Assembly: GCA_963662655.2 (NCBI GenBank)
Contig: CAXXTU010000001.1
Coordinates: 32,001-96,000 of the forward strand
DNA from: Candidatus Cloacimonadales bacterium
Lineage (GTDB): Bacteria > Cloacimonadota > Cloacimonadia > Cloacimonadales > JAIOQZ01
Direction: 5' to 3'
Length of the DNA: 64,000 nucleotides
The translations under genes and the position numbers were made by a program. Below the pieces are notes generated by a model, which searched no databases, was not told where the DNA came from, and worked only from the letters and a program-made list of their open reading frames with translations. Position 1 is the stretch's first letter. Each line of letters starts with the position of its first letter. This document shows positions 45,800 to 55,674 of this stretch, piece after piece.

Positions 45800-48199
45800 A
45801 TGTCATTTTTCAGATTAAAACTCATTTTGCGCGGTTACATGCGCCATCGGTTGCTGTTCGTCCTCAATCTTTCGAGCCTGGTTATCGGGCTTGTCGTATG
45901 CTTCCTCATCGGCGCTTTTATCGCCTTCGAGCTCAGCTTCGATAGAGAAGTCCCCGACTACGAGAGAATTTATCGAATCAGCATCCACGGCAAAATATCG
46001 AGCCTGCCCATCCATTACGCGGTTACCATGCCTCCCCTTACCGAGAAGCTGAAACAGACCTATCCTGAGGTAGAATCGACAACGGCCTTGGCGCTCGTGA
46101 ACAGCTTCAACGAAGTACAGGTCGGGGACAAGCACTACAGCATGAAAAACCTCTATCAGGTAACCCCGGGATTCTTCGATGTCTTCGGTGTGAAAGTTCT
46201 TGCCGGAGACGACCAGAACCTGCTTGCGGAGCCCGGAAAGATCGTTCTGACACAAGCAGCGGCTGAAATGCTTTATGGCAAAGACGATCCGATAGGTAAA
46301 AGCCTGAAGATTAACAATCAAACAGATTATACGATAGCAGCGGTTATCGAGAACCCGGACGAAAACATGCATTTCACGTACGATTGCCTGATCCGCTCCG
46401 AAGAAGTGGAAGTGGATAACCCTGCTTACTGGGGAAATTTCAGCAGCTATACGTACGTTAAACTCCGGGAAGGAACCGATCCGCAGAAATTCGAGGAAAG
46501 CATCCGTATGCTCGCCATGGATCAGATGCACATGAAGCCAGGCGATCAGGGAATGGAGTTCAACCTGGCGCTCCAGCCGATCTCCGACATCCACCTTCGC
46601 TCCAAGCTCGAATACGACATGGCCTTTACCGGAAACATCCACTACATTTATCTCTTCGTCGCGATCGGTGTTTTCATTCTGGCGCTTGCCTGCATCAATT
46701 TCGCCATGCTTATTACGGCGAACGCGTCGATACGCAGTCGCGAGATCGGCGTTTCCAAGGTTTACGGAGCGTCACGCGGAGCTCTGATCAAGCAATTCTT
46801 GCAGGAATCGCTCTTGCTGGCTGTTATCGCGTCGATCCTTTCGGTGATTATCATCTCGATCATCAAACCCTATTTTATGGAACTCACCGGTCATGAGCAC
46901 ATGTTCGATAAAGCGCTCAACTGGAAGATGGTCTCTGGCAGTATGTTATTCGTTCTCGTAACGGGATTCTTCGCGGGGATTTACCCGGCGCTGTATCTTT
47001 CGAGCGTGGAAACGATCCCCATCCTGAAAGGCTTCATCACGGGCGGTAAAGGTTCGGGAAGATTCCGTAACTTGCTTACGTTATTTCAGTTTGCCATCTC
47101 CATCGCGTTGATCTGCGGTACCCTCACCATTTACAACCAGTTGCGCTACATACGGAACTCGGACCTCGGTTTCGACAAAGAGAACAAGCTCTACGCGCTG
47201 ATCATGGGGGAAAATGTCGAGGAACGCAGCGAGCGTATCAAGGAGGAGTTCAGCAAAATCATGGGCGTTAACAATGTAAGCATCTCAACCGGATTCCCCG
47301 GCGCCGGCGCGTGCTCGGGAAACGGCATGACGCCCGAAGGGGAAGCCAGCGATACCATCGTCCTCGTGAAATGGTTCAACACGGACCCGGATTTCCTCTA
47401 TACATATAATATCAGAATGACCCAAGGCGACACCATTCACGTGGATCAATACCCGAGCAACAAGTACATTCTGGTGAACGAGACGCTCGCCAGAGGATTT
47501 GGTTGGGACGATCCGCTGGGCAAGAAAATATTCGATATGAGCCGGGCCAATAACGACGGCACCCATCTGGAATATACGGTTGTCGGCGTGTTCAAGGACT
47601 TTCATGTACGTTCGTTCCGGGAATCGATCGAACCCATGATTATCTTCATGAGGGGTGGCCCCAAGCCGATCATCAATATATCGATCGAAGGCCAGAACCG
47701 CAAAGAAACCGTGGCCCGTCTCGAAGAGAAGTGGAAAGAACTCGAACCAGGATTGCCCTTCAACTACCGTTTTGTGGACGAGCATTTCACCCAGTTGCAC
47801 GAGTACGAATTGCGCCTCGGCAAAATCTTCTCATGGTTCTCGGGACTGGCGATCGTCATCGCATGCTTGGGTCTTTTCGGTCTGGCCTCGTTCACGCTCA
47901 AGCGAAGGATCAAGGAAATCGGCATTCGCAAAGTGCTCGGATCGACCAACGCCGAACTCGGTTTCATCCTCGCGCGCGATTTCGTGAAGTGGGTGCTTCT
48001 GGCGAACATCATTGCCCTGCCAGTGGCCTGGTACGCGATCCGCAAGTGGATCGTCTCGTTCAGTTTTCATGCATCCGTTTCGCCGTGGATATTTATTTTC
48101 TCGGGAGTTATTGTTATTTTTATTGCGGTAATTACGGTTTTATATCATACTGTCAAGGCTTCACGCATGAATCCTGCGGAAGCGCTCAAGTACGAATAA
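45800..48199 (+). CDS. ABC transporter permease (duplicated MacB-PCD/FtsX-type)
   Basis: ACINF, REIGVSKVYGA, LGFDKEN, CLGLFGL, KEIGIRKVLGS, NPAEALKYE. Confidence 0.92.
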   Translation: MSFFRLKLILRGYMRHRLLFVLNLSSLVIGLVVCFLIGAFIAFELSFDREVPDYERIYRISIHGKISSLPIHYAVTMPPLTEKLKQTYPEVESTTALALVNSFNEVQVGDKHYSMKNLYQVTPGFFDVFGVKVLAGDDQNLLAEPGKIVLTQAAAEMLYGKDDPIGKSLKINNQTDYTIAAVIENPDENMHFTYDCLIRSEEVEVDNPAYWGNFSSYTYVKLREGTDPQKFEESIRMLAMDQMHMKPGDQGMEFNLALQPISDIHLRSKLEYDMAFTGNIHYIYLFVAIGVFILALACINFAMLITANASIRSREIGVSKVYGASRGALIKQFLQESLLLAVIASILSVIIISIIKPYFMELTGHEHMFDKALNWKMVSGSMLFVLVTGFFAGIYPALYLSSVETIPILKGFITGGKGSGRFRNLLTLFQFAISIALICGTLTIYNQLRYIRNSDLGFDKENKLYALIMGENVEERSERIKEEFSKIMGVNNVSISTGFPGAGACSGNGMTPEGEASDTIVLVKWFNTDPDFLYTYNIRMTQGDTIHVDQYPSNKYILVNETLARGFGWDDPLGKKIFDMSRANNDGTHLEYTVVGVFKDFHVRSFRESIEPMIIFMRGGPKPIINISIEGQNRKETVARLEEKWKELEPGLPFNYRFVDEHFTQLHEYELRLGKIFSWFSGLAIVIACLGLFGLASFTLKRRIKEIGIRKVLGSTNAELGFILARDFVKWVLLANIIALPVAWYAIRKWIVSFSFHASVSPWIFIFSGVIVIFIAVITVLYHTVKASRMNPAEALKYE

Positions 48200-48212
48200 C
48201 GGAGAATCCGAT

Positions 48213-50153
48213 ATGCGTGATATCCTTTTACTTGCTCTACTGTTCGGCAGTTCGCTGCTGTTTGCATACGATGAATCATACATTGATTCGACCAACAGGC
48301 CGCAAGACGATTTCTATAACTTCGCGAACGGCTACTGGATCAAGACAAACGTACTACCCCGCGGAGTCTCCCGTTACAACCAGATGAGCGAACTGGACAA
48401 TCTCATGCTCCACAAAGTTTCTGAAAGCCTGGGGGAACGGCCCGACGGTCCCGTTGGCCGCATCGAGGAAACGCTGAGACTTTATTACTACGCCGGGATA
48501 AATGAATACGCCAATCTCGACAGAGAAAGGGAAGTTCTCCTGGAGCAAATTGCCAGAATCGAGTCTGCGGTCTCCGAAGACAAGATCATGGAAGCAATTG
48601 CCATGCTCCACTCGCTGGGCGTGGATCCACTTTTCCGTATCCACGATCCGGAAAAGTGGCAGGTTCCCGAAGAGCATTTGCTGGTTCTGTGCCAGCCGTA
48701 TGTGAATGTGTCCAATGGCGCTAACGAGCACTACAAGAGTTTTCTTCGCGATCTCTTCGTACTGACCGGGCAATCCGCCGACGAGGCACAAACCAGCGCC
48801 GAAACGGCCATCAGGCTGGAAAGCGAGATTGATTTGCTCCTGATGCCGCAGCCCGATTCCCCGTGGGACCTCTACAACAAGAAGTCCGTGTCGAGCGTAT
48901 CCAAGTGGTTCAAACCGCTGGATTTCGGCATCTGGATGAAAGCGCTGTCCGTCAGCACGGATCACAAAATCGTAATCGATCATCCCGAGTATTTCCAGCA
49001 GCTCGGTTCATGGCTGCAAAAGGTTGATCGACCGGAGCTCGCGACCTACATGATCTCACGCCTTCTTACCGTATATTGCCGCTACATGCACGGTGACTTC
49101 AAGGACGCGAGAAAGGTATTCTACTGGAATCAATACGGATTGCAACTGACGGATTCCGTCACCGAACAAATGACCCGTGATTTGCCCGAATACTTGAACG
49201 AGTACGACCTCCATGAATTCGTAACGCAGGATGTGAACGAACAGCTCGCCTCAATGGTCGAGAACATCCGCACTGCCTGGCTGAAACGCATCGTGGCCAA
49301 CGACTGGATGGGGTCATCGGAAAAGAAGCGTGCACTCGAAAAAATCACCGCGATGGAGTTCGTCATCGGGGGGAAATCGAACCCCGATCTGCTGATTCAA
49401 GAGACGCTTTCGAGGCAACTCACGCGTGAGATGACATTCATCGAGATCGCGATGAAAGTTCGCAACTGGCGCACAACGCAGGCGATCGCCCGAATCGGGA
49501 GCATGTGGGACGCGAATCGTCCTGAATGGTGGGCCTTCTCACTGACCTGCCATTACCGGCTGGACGAGAACATCGTCGAAATCGGCGGCGGGAATTTTCT
49601 ACTATCAGCATTCGATCCGAACGGTGATATCGCTGCCAACTACGGCAACATCGGAACCCGCATAGCTCATGAAATGACGCATGCAATCGACAGTCAGGGA
49701 CGCTTGTATGATGCGAATGGAAAACGCTTGGGATGGATGAGCAAATGGATGCTGACCTCGAAATTCGCGAAACGCTCGCAAGCGCTAATCGACCAATACA
49801 ACCACTTCAAGGCCTTCGAGGACTGCGCGGTGGACGGCTCTGCGACGCTCATGGAGAATCTCGCGGACCTTGGCGGTGTGCTGACGGCTTTCGACGCCAT
49901 GCACATCGAGCTCGGTGGGCAGGCGAAACACGACGCCGGGATCGACCGCGATTTCTTCATCACCTATGCCCAGAGCTGGCGGGAATTGATAACGGACGAT
50001 GCGCAGCGAAATCAGTGTAAGGGGCCTCACGCTCCAACACGGTTCAGGGCGTACGGACCGCTGCAGAACGTGGACAGGTTCTACGAGGTCTTCGATATCC
50101 AGCCCGACGATCCGATGTTCCTCGAACCGGAGAAACGGGCGAGTATCTGGTAA
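48213..50153 (+). CDS. M13 family (neprilysin/PepO-like) metallopeptidase, secreted
   Basis: Signal peptide, PQDDFYNFANG, HEMTH, ENLADLGG, FFITYAQSW, HAP. Confidence 0.9.
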   Translation: MRDILLLALLFGSSLLFAYDESYIDSTNRPQDDFYNFANGYWIKTNVLPRGVSRYNQMSELDNLMLHKVSESLGERPDGPVGRIEETLRLYYYAGINEYANLDREREVLLEQIARIESAVSEDKIMEAIAMLHSLGVDPLFRIHDPEKWQVPEEHLLVLCQPYVNVSNGANEHYKSFLRDLFVLTGQSADEAQTSAETAIRLESEIDLLLMPQPDSPWDLYNKKSVSSVSKWFKPLDFGIWMKALSVSTDHKIVIDHPEYFQQLGSWLQKVDRPELATYMISRLLTVYCRYMHGDFKDARKVFYWNQYGLQLTDSVTEQMTRDLPEYLNEYDLHEFVTQDVNEQLASMVENIRTAWLKRIVANDWMGSSEKKRALEKITAMEFVIGGKSNPDLLIQETLSRQLTREMTFIEIAMKVRNWRTTQAIARIGSMWDANRPEWWAFSLTCHYRLDENIVEIGGGNFLLSAFDPNGDIAANYGNIGTRIAHEMTHAIDSQGRLYDANGKRLGWMSKWMLTSKFAKRSQALIDQYNHFKAFEDCAVDGSATLMENLADLGGVLTAFDAMHIELGGQAKHDAGIDRDFFITYAQSWRELITDDAQRNQCKGPHAPTRFRAYGPLQNVDRFYEVFDIQPDDPMFLEPEKRASIW

Positions 50154-50198
50154 TCTGCATTTTTTTCAATCTTTACGGGTTTATCCGATTCCAACCCG

Positions 50199-50247
50199 TG
50201 TCATGCTGAGTGATCCCGATTTACCGGGATTGTATCGAAGGACGACA
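50199..50247. repeat. Possible degenerate REP-like intergenic stem-loop
   Basis: TGTCATGCTGAG...TCGAAGGACGACA encloses ATCCCG-ATTTAC-CGGGAT. Single copy in this window. Confidence 0.4.
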
Positions 50248-50369
50248 GAGGGGACACTGCCTGATTACTGTATTTGATTACGAACCGATAAGAACGCCTC
50301 CCGATTGACAAATTCCTTGACGATCGTCTTCCCTCTTGTTTTTTTTCAGCAAACTGTAGGAGCAATCGG

Positions 50370-50999
50370 ATGGAACGACATGACGACTACTACGTAAGCA
50401 CACATCGATTCGAGGCCCTCAACGACGGCGTTTTCGCCATTGCAATGACGCTGATGGTCATGGGGATCGAGGTGCCTGAGAACACCAGCATCACAAACTC
50501 TGCGGATATGCTTAAAGCGCTTTCCGCGATGTGGCCGCAATTCTTTAACTACCTGCTGAGCTTCGCTATCATCATGTCGATGTGGATCAGCAACAATGGC
50601 ATTCTGCGACACATCGAGAAGCTGAGCAAGCCTTACACACTCATTTCACTGGGCTCGCTGATGTTTATCTGCCTGCTTCCGTTCTCTTCGTCGCTCATGG
50701 GCGATTACTCCAACAATGTCGTCGCCGAGATGGTGTTCCACGTGAACCTGCTTGCGCTTGGCATCCTCAACATGATGCGATTCATGCATTTGAAGAAGCG
50801 CAAGGAAATCATGTACGAAGAATACCGTGGGCATATCAATCGGGATCGATTCCTCCACGAGACGGCGATCTACATTATCGTGCCTATCCTTGCGCTGATC
50901 GCCGCGCCCATCATCCCGGGCTACAGCACCATGTGCTATCTGCTGATGCCCGTGCTGGGATCGATACACCGGAGGAAGAAGAGTATTTCGGCTTCATGA
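50370..50999 (+). CDS. TMEM175-family potassium channel (DUF1211)
   Basis: RFEALNDGVFAIAMTL, YLLSF..I...W, LLPFSS, and about 6 TM segments. Confidence 0.88.
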   Translation: MERHDDYYVSTHRFEALNDGVFAIAMTLMVMGIEVPENTSITNSADMLKALSAMWPQFFNYLLSFAIIMSMWISNNGILRHIEKLSKPYTLISLGSLMFICLLPFSSSLMGDYSNNVVAEMVFHVNLLALGILNMMRFMHLKKRKEIMYEEYRGHINRDRFLHETAIYIIVPILALIAAPIIPGYSTMCYLLMPVLGSIHRRKKSISAS

Positions 51000-51127
51000 G
51001 GTAAAAGCGCTGGTTGATTCTCTCCTGCTACGGTCGCGAGTTTTTGTTACCGTTGCTTTCTGCTTGACAATAACAATCCGCCATAAACACATGTATGGAA
51101 AGAGAAAATCATTACTGGAGACAATCT

Positions 51128-52324
51128 ATGGAACAGTGGAATCAAATCCTTAGAAAGAGCGAGGAATACCGCGACGATATGGTGCGGTTCCTTAAAGATA
51201 TTGTGTCGATCCCATCCTACAGCTGCCAGGAGAAGGACGTTGTCGAGCGGATCGTGGAAGAGATGAAAAAACTGGGCTTCGACGAGGCGTACTCGGACTC
51301 TCTGGGCAACGCCGTCGGCAGGATGGGCAACGGCGAAACCGTTCTCCTCTACGACGCTCACATCGACGTCGTGGGAATCGGAGATCCGGATAGTTGGGAC
51401 TACCCGCCCTTCCCCGCATTCGAGAAATACGGCAAGATCTATGGTCGCGGAAGCGTGGACGAGAAACCGGCCGCGGCGTGCATGGTTTACGCTGCGCGCA
51501 TCATGAAGGACCTCGGACTTCTGGACGGAATTACCCTCTACTGCGTGGGCTCCGTCATGGAAGAGGACTGCGACGGTCTGCCTCTCACCCACATTTTCGA
51601 GAACGAGGGGATCAAGCCGGACTTCGTCGTCCTGGGCGAACCCACCGACCTGCATGTCTATCGCGGGCACCGCGGCAGGATGGAGATCATCATCCGCACC
51701 AAGGGCAAATCGGCGCACGGCGCGCACGAGCACCTCGGGGACAACGCCGTTTACAAAATGGCTCCGATCATCGAGGGAATCAAAGCGCTCAACCATCGCC
51801 TGAAAGACGATCCATTCCTCGGAAAAGGCTCCGTCACTATCTCGCAGATAACTTCGACCAGCCCTTCGCTGTGCTCGGTGGCCGATAGTTGCGAGCTTTA
51901 TCTCGACCGACGCATGACCGTAGGCGAAACGAAGGAATCGGTTATCGCCGAATTGAAGGAAATCACCGGCGACGATGCGGAGATCATCATCCCGCAGTAC
52001 GACGCGACAAGCTGGAAAGGCTACAAGGTCAACCAGGAGAAGGTTTACCCGACTTGGATACTTCCCGAAGAACACCTATTGGTGCAAGCCGCGAAGCGAG
52101 CTGCCGATCTGGCTGTCAAACCTGCCAAGCCGATTGGAAGATGGTCATTCTCCACCAACGGCGTCTCGAGCATGGGACATTTCGGGATCCCGTCGATCGG
52201 TTTCGCGCCCGGTAGAGAAGAGCTTTCGCATTCGACGGAGGAGCACGTGAAAATCAGCGACCTCGTCTTCGCAACACAGTTCTACGCTGCTTTCCCGCAT
52301 TTCTTGAAAGAACAAATGAAGTAA
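51128..52324 (+). CDS. M20 family hydrolase, YgeY-like
   Basis: DAHIDVVG, GRGSVDEK, MEEDCDG, EPT, GHRGR, SLCSV, FSTNG. A GGAG RBS precedes 51128. Confidence 0.85.
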   Translation: MEQWNQILRKSEEYRDDMVRFLKDIVSIPSYSCQEKDVVERIVEEMKKLGFDEAYSDSLGNAVGRMGNGETVLLYDAHIDVVGIGDPDSWDYPPFPAFEKYGKIYGRGSVDEKPAAACMVYAARIMKDLGLLDGITLYCVGSVMEEDCDGLPLTHIFENEGIKPDFVVLGEPTDLHVYRGHRGRMEIIIRTKGKSAHGAHEHLGDNAVYKMAPIIEGIKALNHRLKDDPFLGKGSVTISQITSTSPSLCSVADSCELYLDRRMTVGETKESVIAELKEITGDDAEIIIPQYDATSWKGYKVNQEKVYPTWILPEEHLLVQAAKRAADLAVKPAKPIGRWSFSTNGVSSMGHFGIPSIGFAPGREELSHSTEEHVKISDLVFATQFYAAFPHFLKEQMK

Positions 52325-52342
52325 TAGATTTGGAGGATCATT

Positions 52343-53560
52343 ATGGCATTAGAAGGTAATGTAGTCGTCGCGCAAGGAGGCGGACCAACCGCCGTTATCA
52401 ACCAATCGCTGGTTGGCGTGGTGCTGGAATCGCGTAAGTTTTTCCAGGTCAATCGCGTTTACGGCGCGGTGCATGGAGTACGTGGAATTATTGACGAGAA
52501 TTTCGTCGATCTTACACAGGAAACCACCAACAATCTCGAGAAGATCGCCTGCACTCCGTCTTCAGCGCTACTTTCCACACGGGACAAACCGGACGAGGTC
52601 TACTGCCGCGAGATATTCAAGGTTCTCAAAGCCCACAACGCCCGTTACTTCTTCTATATCGGTGGAAACGATTCTTCCGACACGGTTCGCATCGTGAATC
52701 ACGAGGCAGAAAGAGCCGGCTATGATTTCCGCGCAATACATATCCCCAAGACAATCGACAACGATCTCGTTCTGAACGACCACACCCCCGGATACGGCTC
52801 AGCGGCAAGATTTGTGGCATCCGCATTCATCGGAGCCAACCTCGACAACCGCGCCATCCCGGGCGTATATATTGGCGTAGTGATGGGACGCCACGCCGGA
52901 TTCCTTACCGCTGCCGCCGCTCTGGCGAAGAAGTATCCGGACGACGGTCCGCACCTCGTTTATCTTCCGGAGCGTCCATTCGACGTGAACAAGTTCCTCG
53001 AAGACGTCAAGTGCTGCCACGAGCAGTACGGTCGTTGCGTTATCGCCGTTTCAGAGGGCATCAAGGACAACTCGGGGCAGGAAATCGTGACGCAGCTTGT
53101 CGATAACATCGAGCACGACGCGCACGGCAACGTACAGCTCTCGGGAACCGGTGTCCTGGGTGATCTTCTTGCCAAGTACATCCGGAAGCATCTGAAGATC
53201 AAGCGCGTTCGTTCGGATACTTTCGGCTACCTTCAGCGCTCCTTCATCGAGTGCGTATCCGATGTCGATCAGAACGAAGCACGGGAAGTGGGCGAGAAAG
53301 CGGCACAGTACGCGATATGGCATGATCTGGACGGGTCCATCACCATCAAGCGTACCGGCTACTACTCTGTCGATTACCAGCTTGTGAAGCTGGAAGATGT
53401 CGCTGGGAAAACCCGCGTGATGCCCAAAGAATTCATCAACGCTGCGGCAAACAACGTAACCGACGATTTCCGCTACTATATCCGGCCGCTCCTCGGCTCG
53501 GGGTTCCGTCAACCCCATCGCCTCAGAGCGCCGCAAGTTGCGAAAATCCTGAATAAATAA
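52343..53560 (+). CDS. 6-phosphofructokinase, probably pyrophosphate-dependent
   Basis: QGGGPTAVIN, GGNDS, PKTIDND, MGR. The Asp in GGND and the Lys in PKT are the known PPi determinants. Confidence 0.9.
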   Translation: MALEGNVVVAQGGGPTAVINQSLVGVVLESRKFFQVNRVYGAVHGVRGIIDENFVDLTQETTNNLEKIACTPSSALLSTRDKPDEVYCREIFKVLKAHNARYFFYIGGNDSSDTVRIVNHEAERAGYDFRAIHIPKTIDNDLVLNDHTPGYGSAARFVASAFIGANLDNRAIPGVYIGVVMGRHAGFLTAAAALAKKYPDDGPHLVYLPERPFDVNKFLEDVKCCHEQYGRCVIAVSEGIKDNSGQEIVTQLVDNIEHDAHGNVQLSGTGVLGDLLAKYIRKHLKIKRVRSDTFGYLQRSFIECVSDVDQNEAREVGEKAAQYAIWHDLDGSITIKRTGYYSVDYQLVKLEDVAGKTRVMPKEFINAAANNVTDDFRYYIRPLLGSGFRQPHRLRAPQVAKILNK

Positions 53561-53575
53561 TCCGTTTGGAATCTT

Positions 53576-53608
53576 AACGCCAGCCGGTACGAATCGGCTG
53601 GCGTTTTT
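53576..53608 (+). terminator. Intrinsic terminator
   Basis: AACGCCAGCCG-GTACGAAT-CGGCTGGCGTT-TTT. Confidence 0.85.
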
Positions 53609-53747
53609 ATACAAATCGGTTAAGGAATAAAATGCGCAAATGGCGTATCAGGCTTTCGAAATATCCATTGACACGAGCGCGATTGAAATGAGAATTTGTT
53701 AGTCTATTCTGAATCTTTCATAGATTCGGGTGATTGGAGCGTCGAAT

Positions 53748-54776
53748 ATGATATTGGACAGTATTTTCTTTCAATTCGCAACGTTGATTTTTGCTTTCGC
53801 GATTCTTTTCAAGAGCGCGGATCTGTTTGTGGATAGCGCTGTTGGCATTTCCAACGATTTCGGTATCCCGCGCATTGTCGTGGGTATCATCATTGTCGGG
53901 TTTGCGACAACTGCGCCGGAAATTACTGTGTCAATCATCTCTGCTGCCAAGGGCAAGAGCGAATTCGCCCTGGGGAACGCCTTGGGCTCTGTCATTGTTG
54001 ACGACGGGATCGCGCTGGGCCTTGCCGCCATCCTTGCACCGGCGGCAATCATGGTGGATAAACGCACGTTAAAGACGACAGGCATTTTCCTGCTCGCAGT
54101 CATCCTATTGGGATATCTTCTTGGATTCAACGGAGTTTTCGGCAGACTGGAAGGCTCGCTTTTCGTCCTGATCCTGCTTGGCTATTGGGGATCGATGGTA
54201 TGGGCGGAGCGGAAGAGAAAGGCGAAGGGATTCGATATCTCCCAGGATTTCCCTGAAATCTCTGGACACGACAAAAAGCCTCTTTCGAAGCATATCATTC
54301 AATTGTTGATCGGTCTTGCAGGAGTCATCGCCGCAAGCCATCTGGTTGTGTGGTCGGCGGAGAAGATTGCAATATTCTACCATGTGCCGGAGGTCATCAT
54401 CGGCTTGACGATCATCGCGATCGGGACGTCGCTTCCCGAGATAAGCACCGCGATCATCGCCGCGCGGAAAGGCGAAGGCGAGTTATCGGTCGGCAACATT
54501 CTTGGGGCCGACATCCTGAACATCCTTTGGATCATCGGTATGTCCTCCATCGTCAATCCCATCGACGTCCGTCACGACAAAGTCCACCTATCGATCTTCG
54601 GATTCGACTTCGGTATCGTTGGCTCCATTCATTTCTCGTTCGTTTGGGTGATGATCATCGTCGTAACGATGCTTACCATGATGAGGACCGGATACAAGCT
54701 GAAGAAATCGGAGGGGATCATCCTTATCGCGATGTACGCAGTTTACCTCTTGATGAACTACTCCATTTTCAACTAA
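53748..54776 (+). CDS. Calcium/sodium antiporter (YrbG family)
   Basis: Alpha repeats ATTAPE...GNALGS and GTSLPE...GNILGA. Confidence 0.92.
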   Translation: MILDSIFFQFATLIFAFAILFKSADLFVDSAVGISNDFGIPRIVVGIIIVGFATTAPEITVSIISAAKGKSEFALGNALGSVIVDDGIALGLAAILAPAAIMVDKRTLKTTGIFLLAVILLGYLLGFNGVFGRLEGSLFVLILLGYWGSMVWAERKRKAKGFDISQDFPEISGHDKKPLSKHIIQLLIGLAGVIAASHLVVWSAEKIAIFYHVPEVIIGLTIIAIGTSLPEISTAIIAARKGEGELSVGNILGADILNILWIIGMSSIVNPIDVRHDKVHLSIFGFDFGIVGSIHFSFVWVMIIVVTMLTMMRTGYKLKKSEGIILIAMYAVYLLMNYSIFN

Positions 54777-54786
54777 ACCCTTTGCC

Positions 54787-55401
54787 ATGAGCGGATTCAT
54801 CGATTTCTTGAAAAGACACGGCAACGACATCGATGGAGAAGTCGTTTCCGATATCACCTGCCGGGAAGAATCGATCAATCGGGCCAGTTTTATCGACTGC
54901 ACTTTCAAGAACTGCGATTTTACCGAGACGAAGTTCATAGGCTGCCGTTTCATCGATTGTTCGTTCGAGCGATGCGAGCTCAGCATGGTAAGTCTGGGGG
55001 GATGTTCTTTTCGCGATACGCGTTTCGAAGATTCCAGGCTGGAGGGAATCGACTGGACGCGCGTTGACTGGGGCAAGATGTCGTTTAGCGCGCCGGTGTC
55101 TTTCAAGAGGTGCTCGCTGAGCCACTCAACGTTTATCGGCCTCTCGCTGCAAGAGCTTCAACTCGAGGACTGCCGGTCACACAACGTCGATTTCCGTCAG
55201 GCGAACATGGAGAGTGCCTCGTTCAAAGGCACCGATTTCACGGACTGCCTTTTCCAGAACACGAACCTCGCCAGGTGCAATTTTATGCAAGCACAACATT
55301 ACCAGATCAATCCGGCGAGCAACAACGTAACGAAAGCGAAGTTCAGCATGCCAGAAGCTATGGAACTTCTGTATTCGCTGGATATCGCCATCGAAGACTG
55401 A
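54787..55401 (+). CDS. Pentapeptide repeat protein
   Basis: Continuous 5-residue C/A-x-F repeats (CTFKNCDFTETKFIGCRFIDCSFERCEL). Confidence 0.93.
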   Translation: MSGFIDFLKRHGNDIDGEVVSDITCREESINRASFIDCTFKNCDFTETKFIGCRFIDCSFERCELSMVSLGGCSFRDTRFEDSRLEGIDWTRVDWGKMSFSAPVSFKRCSLSHSTFIGLSLQELQLEDCRSHNVDFRQANMESASFKGTDFTDCLFQNTNLARCNFMQAQHYQINPASNNVTKAKFSMPEAMELLYSLDIAIED

Positions 55402-55410
55402 TCCAATGCA

Positions 55411-55567
55411 GCTCGATCGTCGTTTCATGAGCACCATCCGCGCGGAGGCGGCGCAGAATCCCCGAAGGGGCTTCTGCATTCCATTGCAATGTTTTCTTGC
55501 AAAAAACATTGCAATGGAATGTTAGTGCGCGGAGCGCACGCGCCGCCCCCGCGCAAGCGTGTCGAGC
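55411..55567. repeat. Nested inverted-repeat (cloverleaf) intergenic element
   Basis: A 14/15-bp closing stem (55440-55454 / 55540-55554) encloses three hairpins, including a perfect 19-bp inverted repeat (55477-55495 / 55503-55521). Confidence 0.8.
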
Positions 55568-55674
55568 AAAACCCAGAGGGGCCTTCCCCTGAAAATTCGA
55601 TTATCCCAACAATAAACTTTACAAATCAGGATATTCCAGCAACATGATCGTAAGATGAATTTTACGAGGATACG

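Noticed and set aside
51047..52075. 342-aa minus-strand ORF, and similar long antisense ORFs at 20994-22355, 23435-24481, 26018-27250, 44551-45627 and 61929-62972
   Set aside because: All lie fully opposite well-supported genes and have no recognisable motifs.
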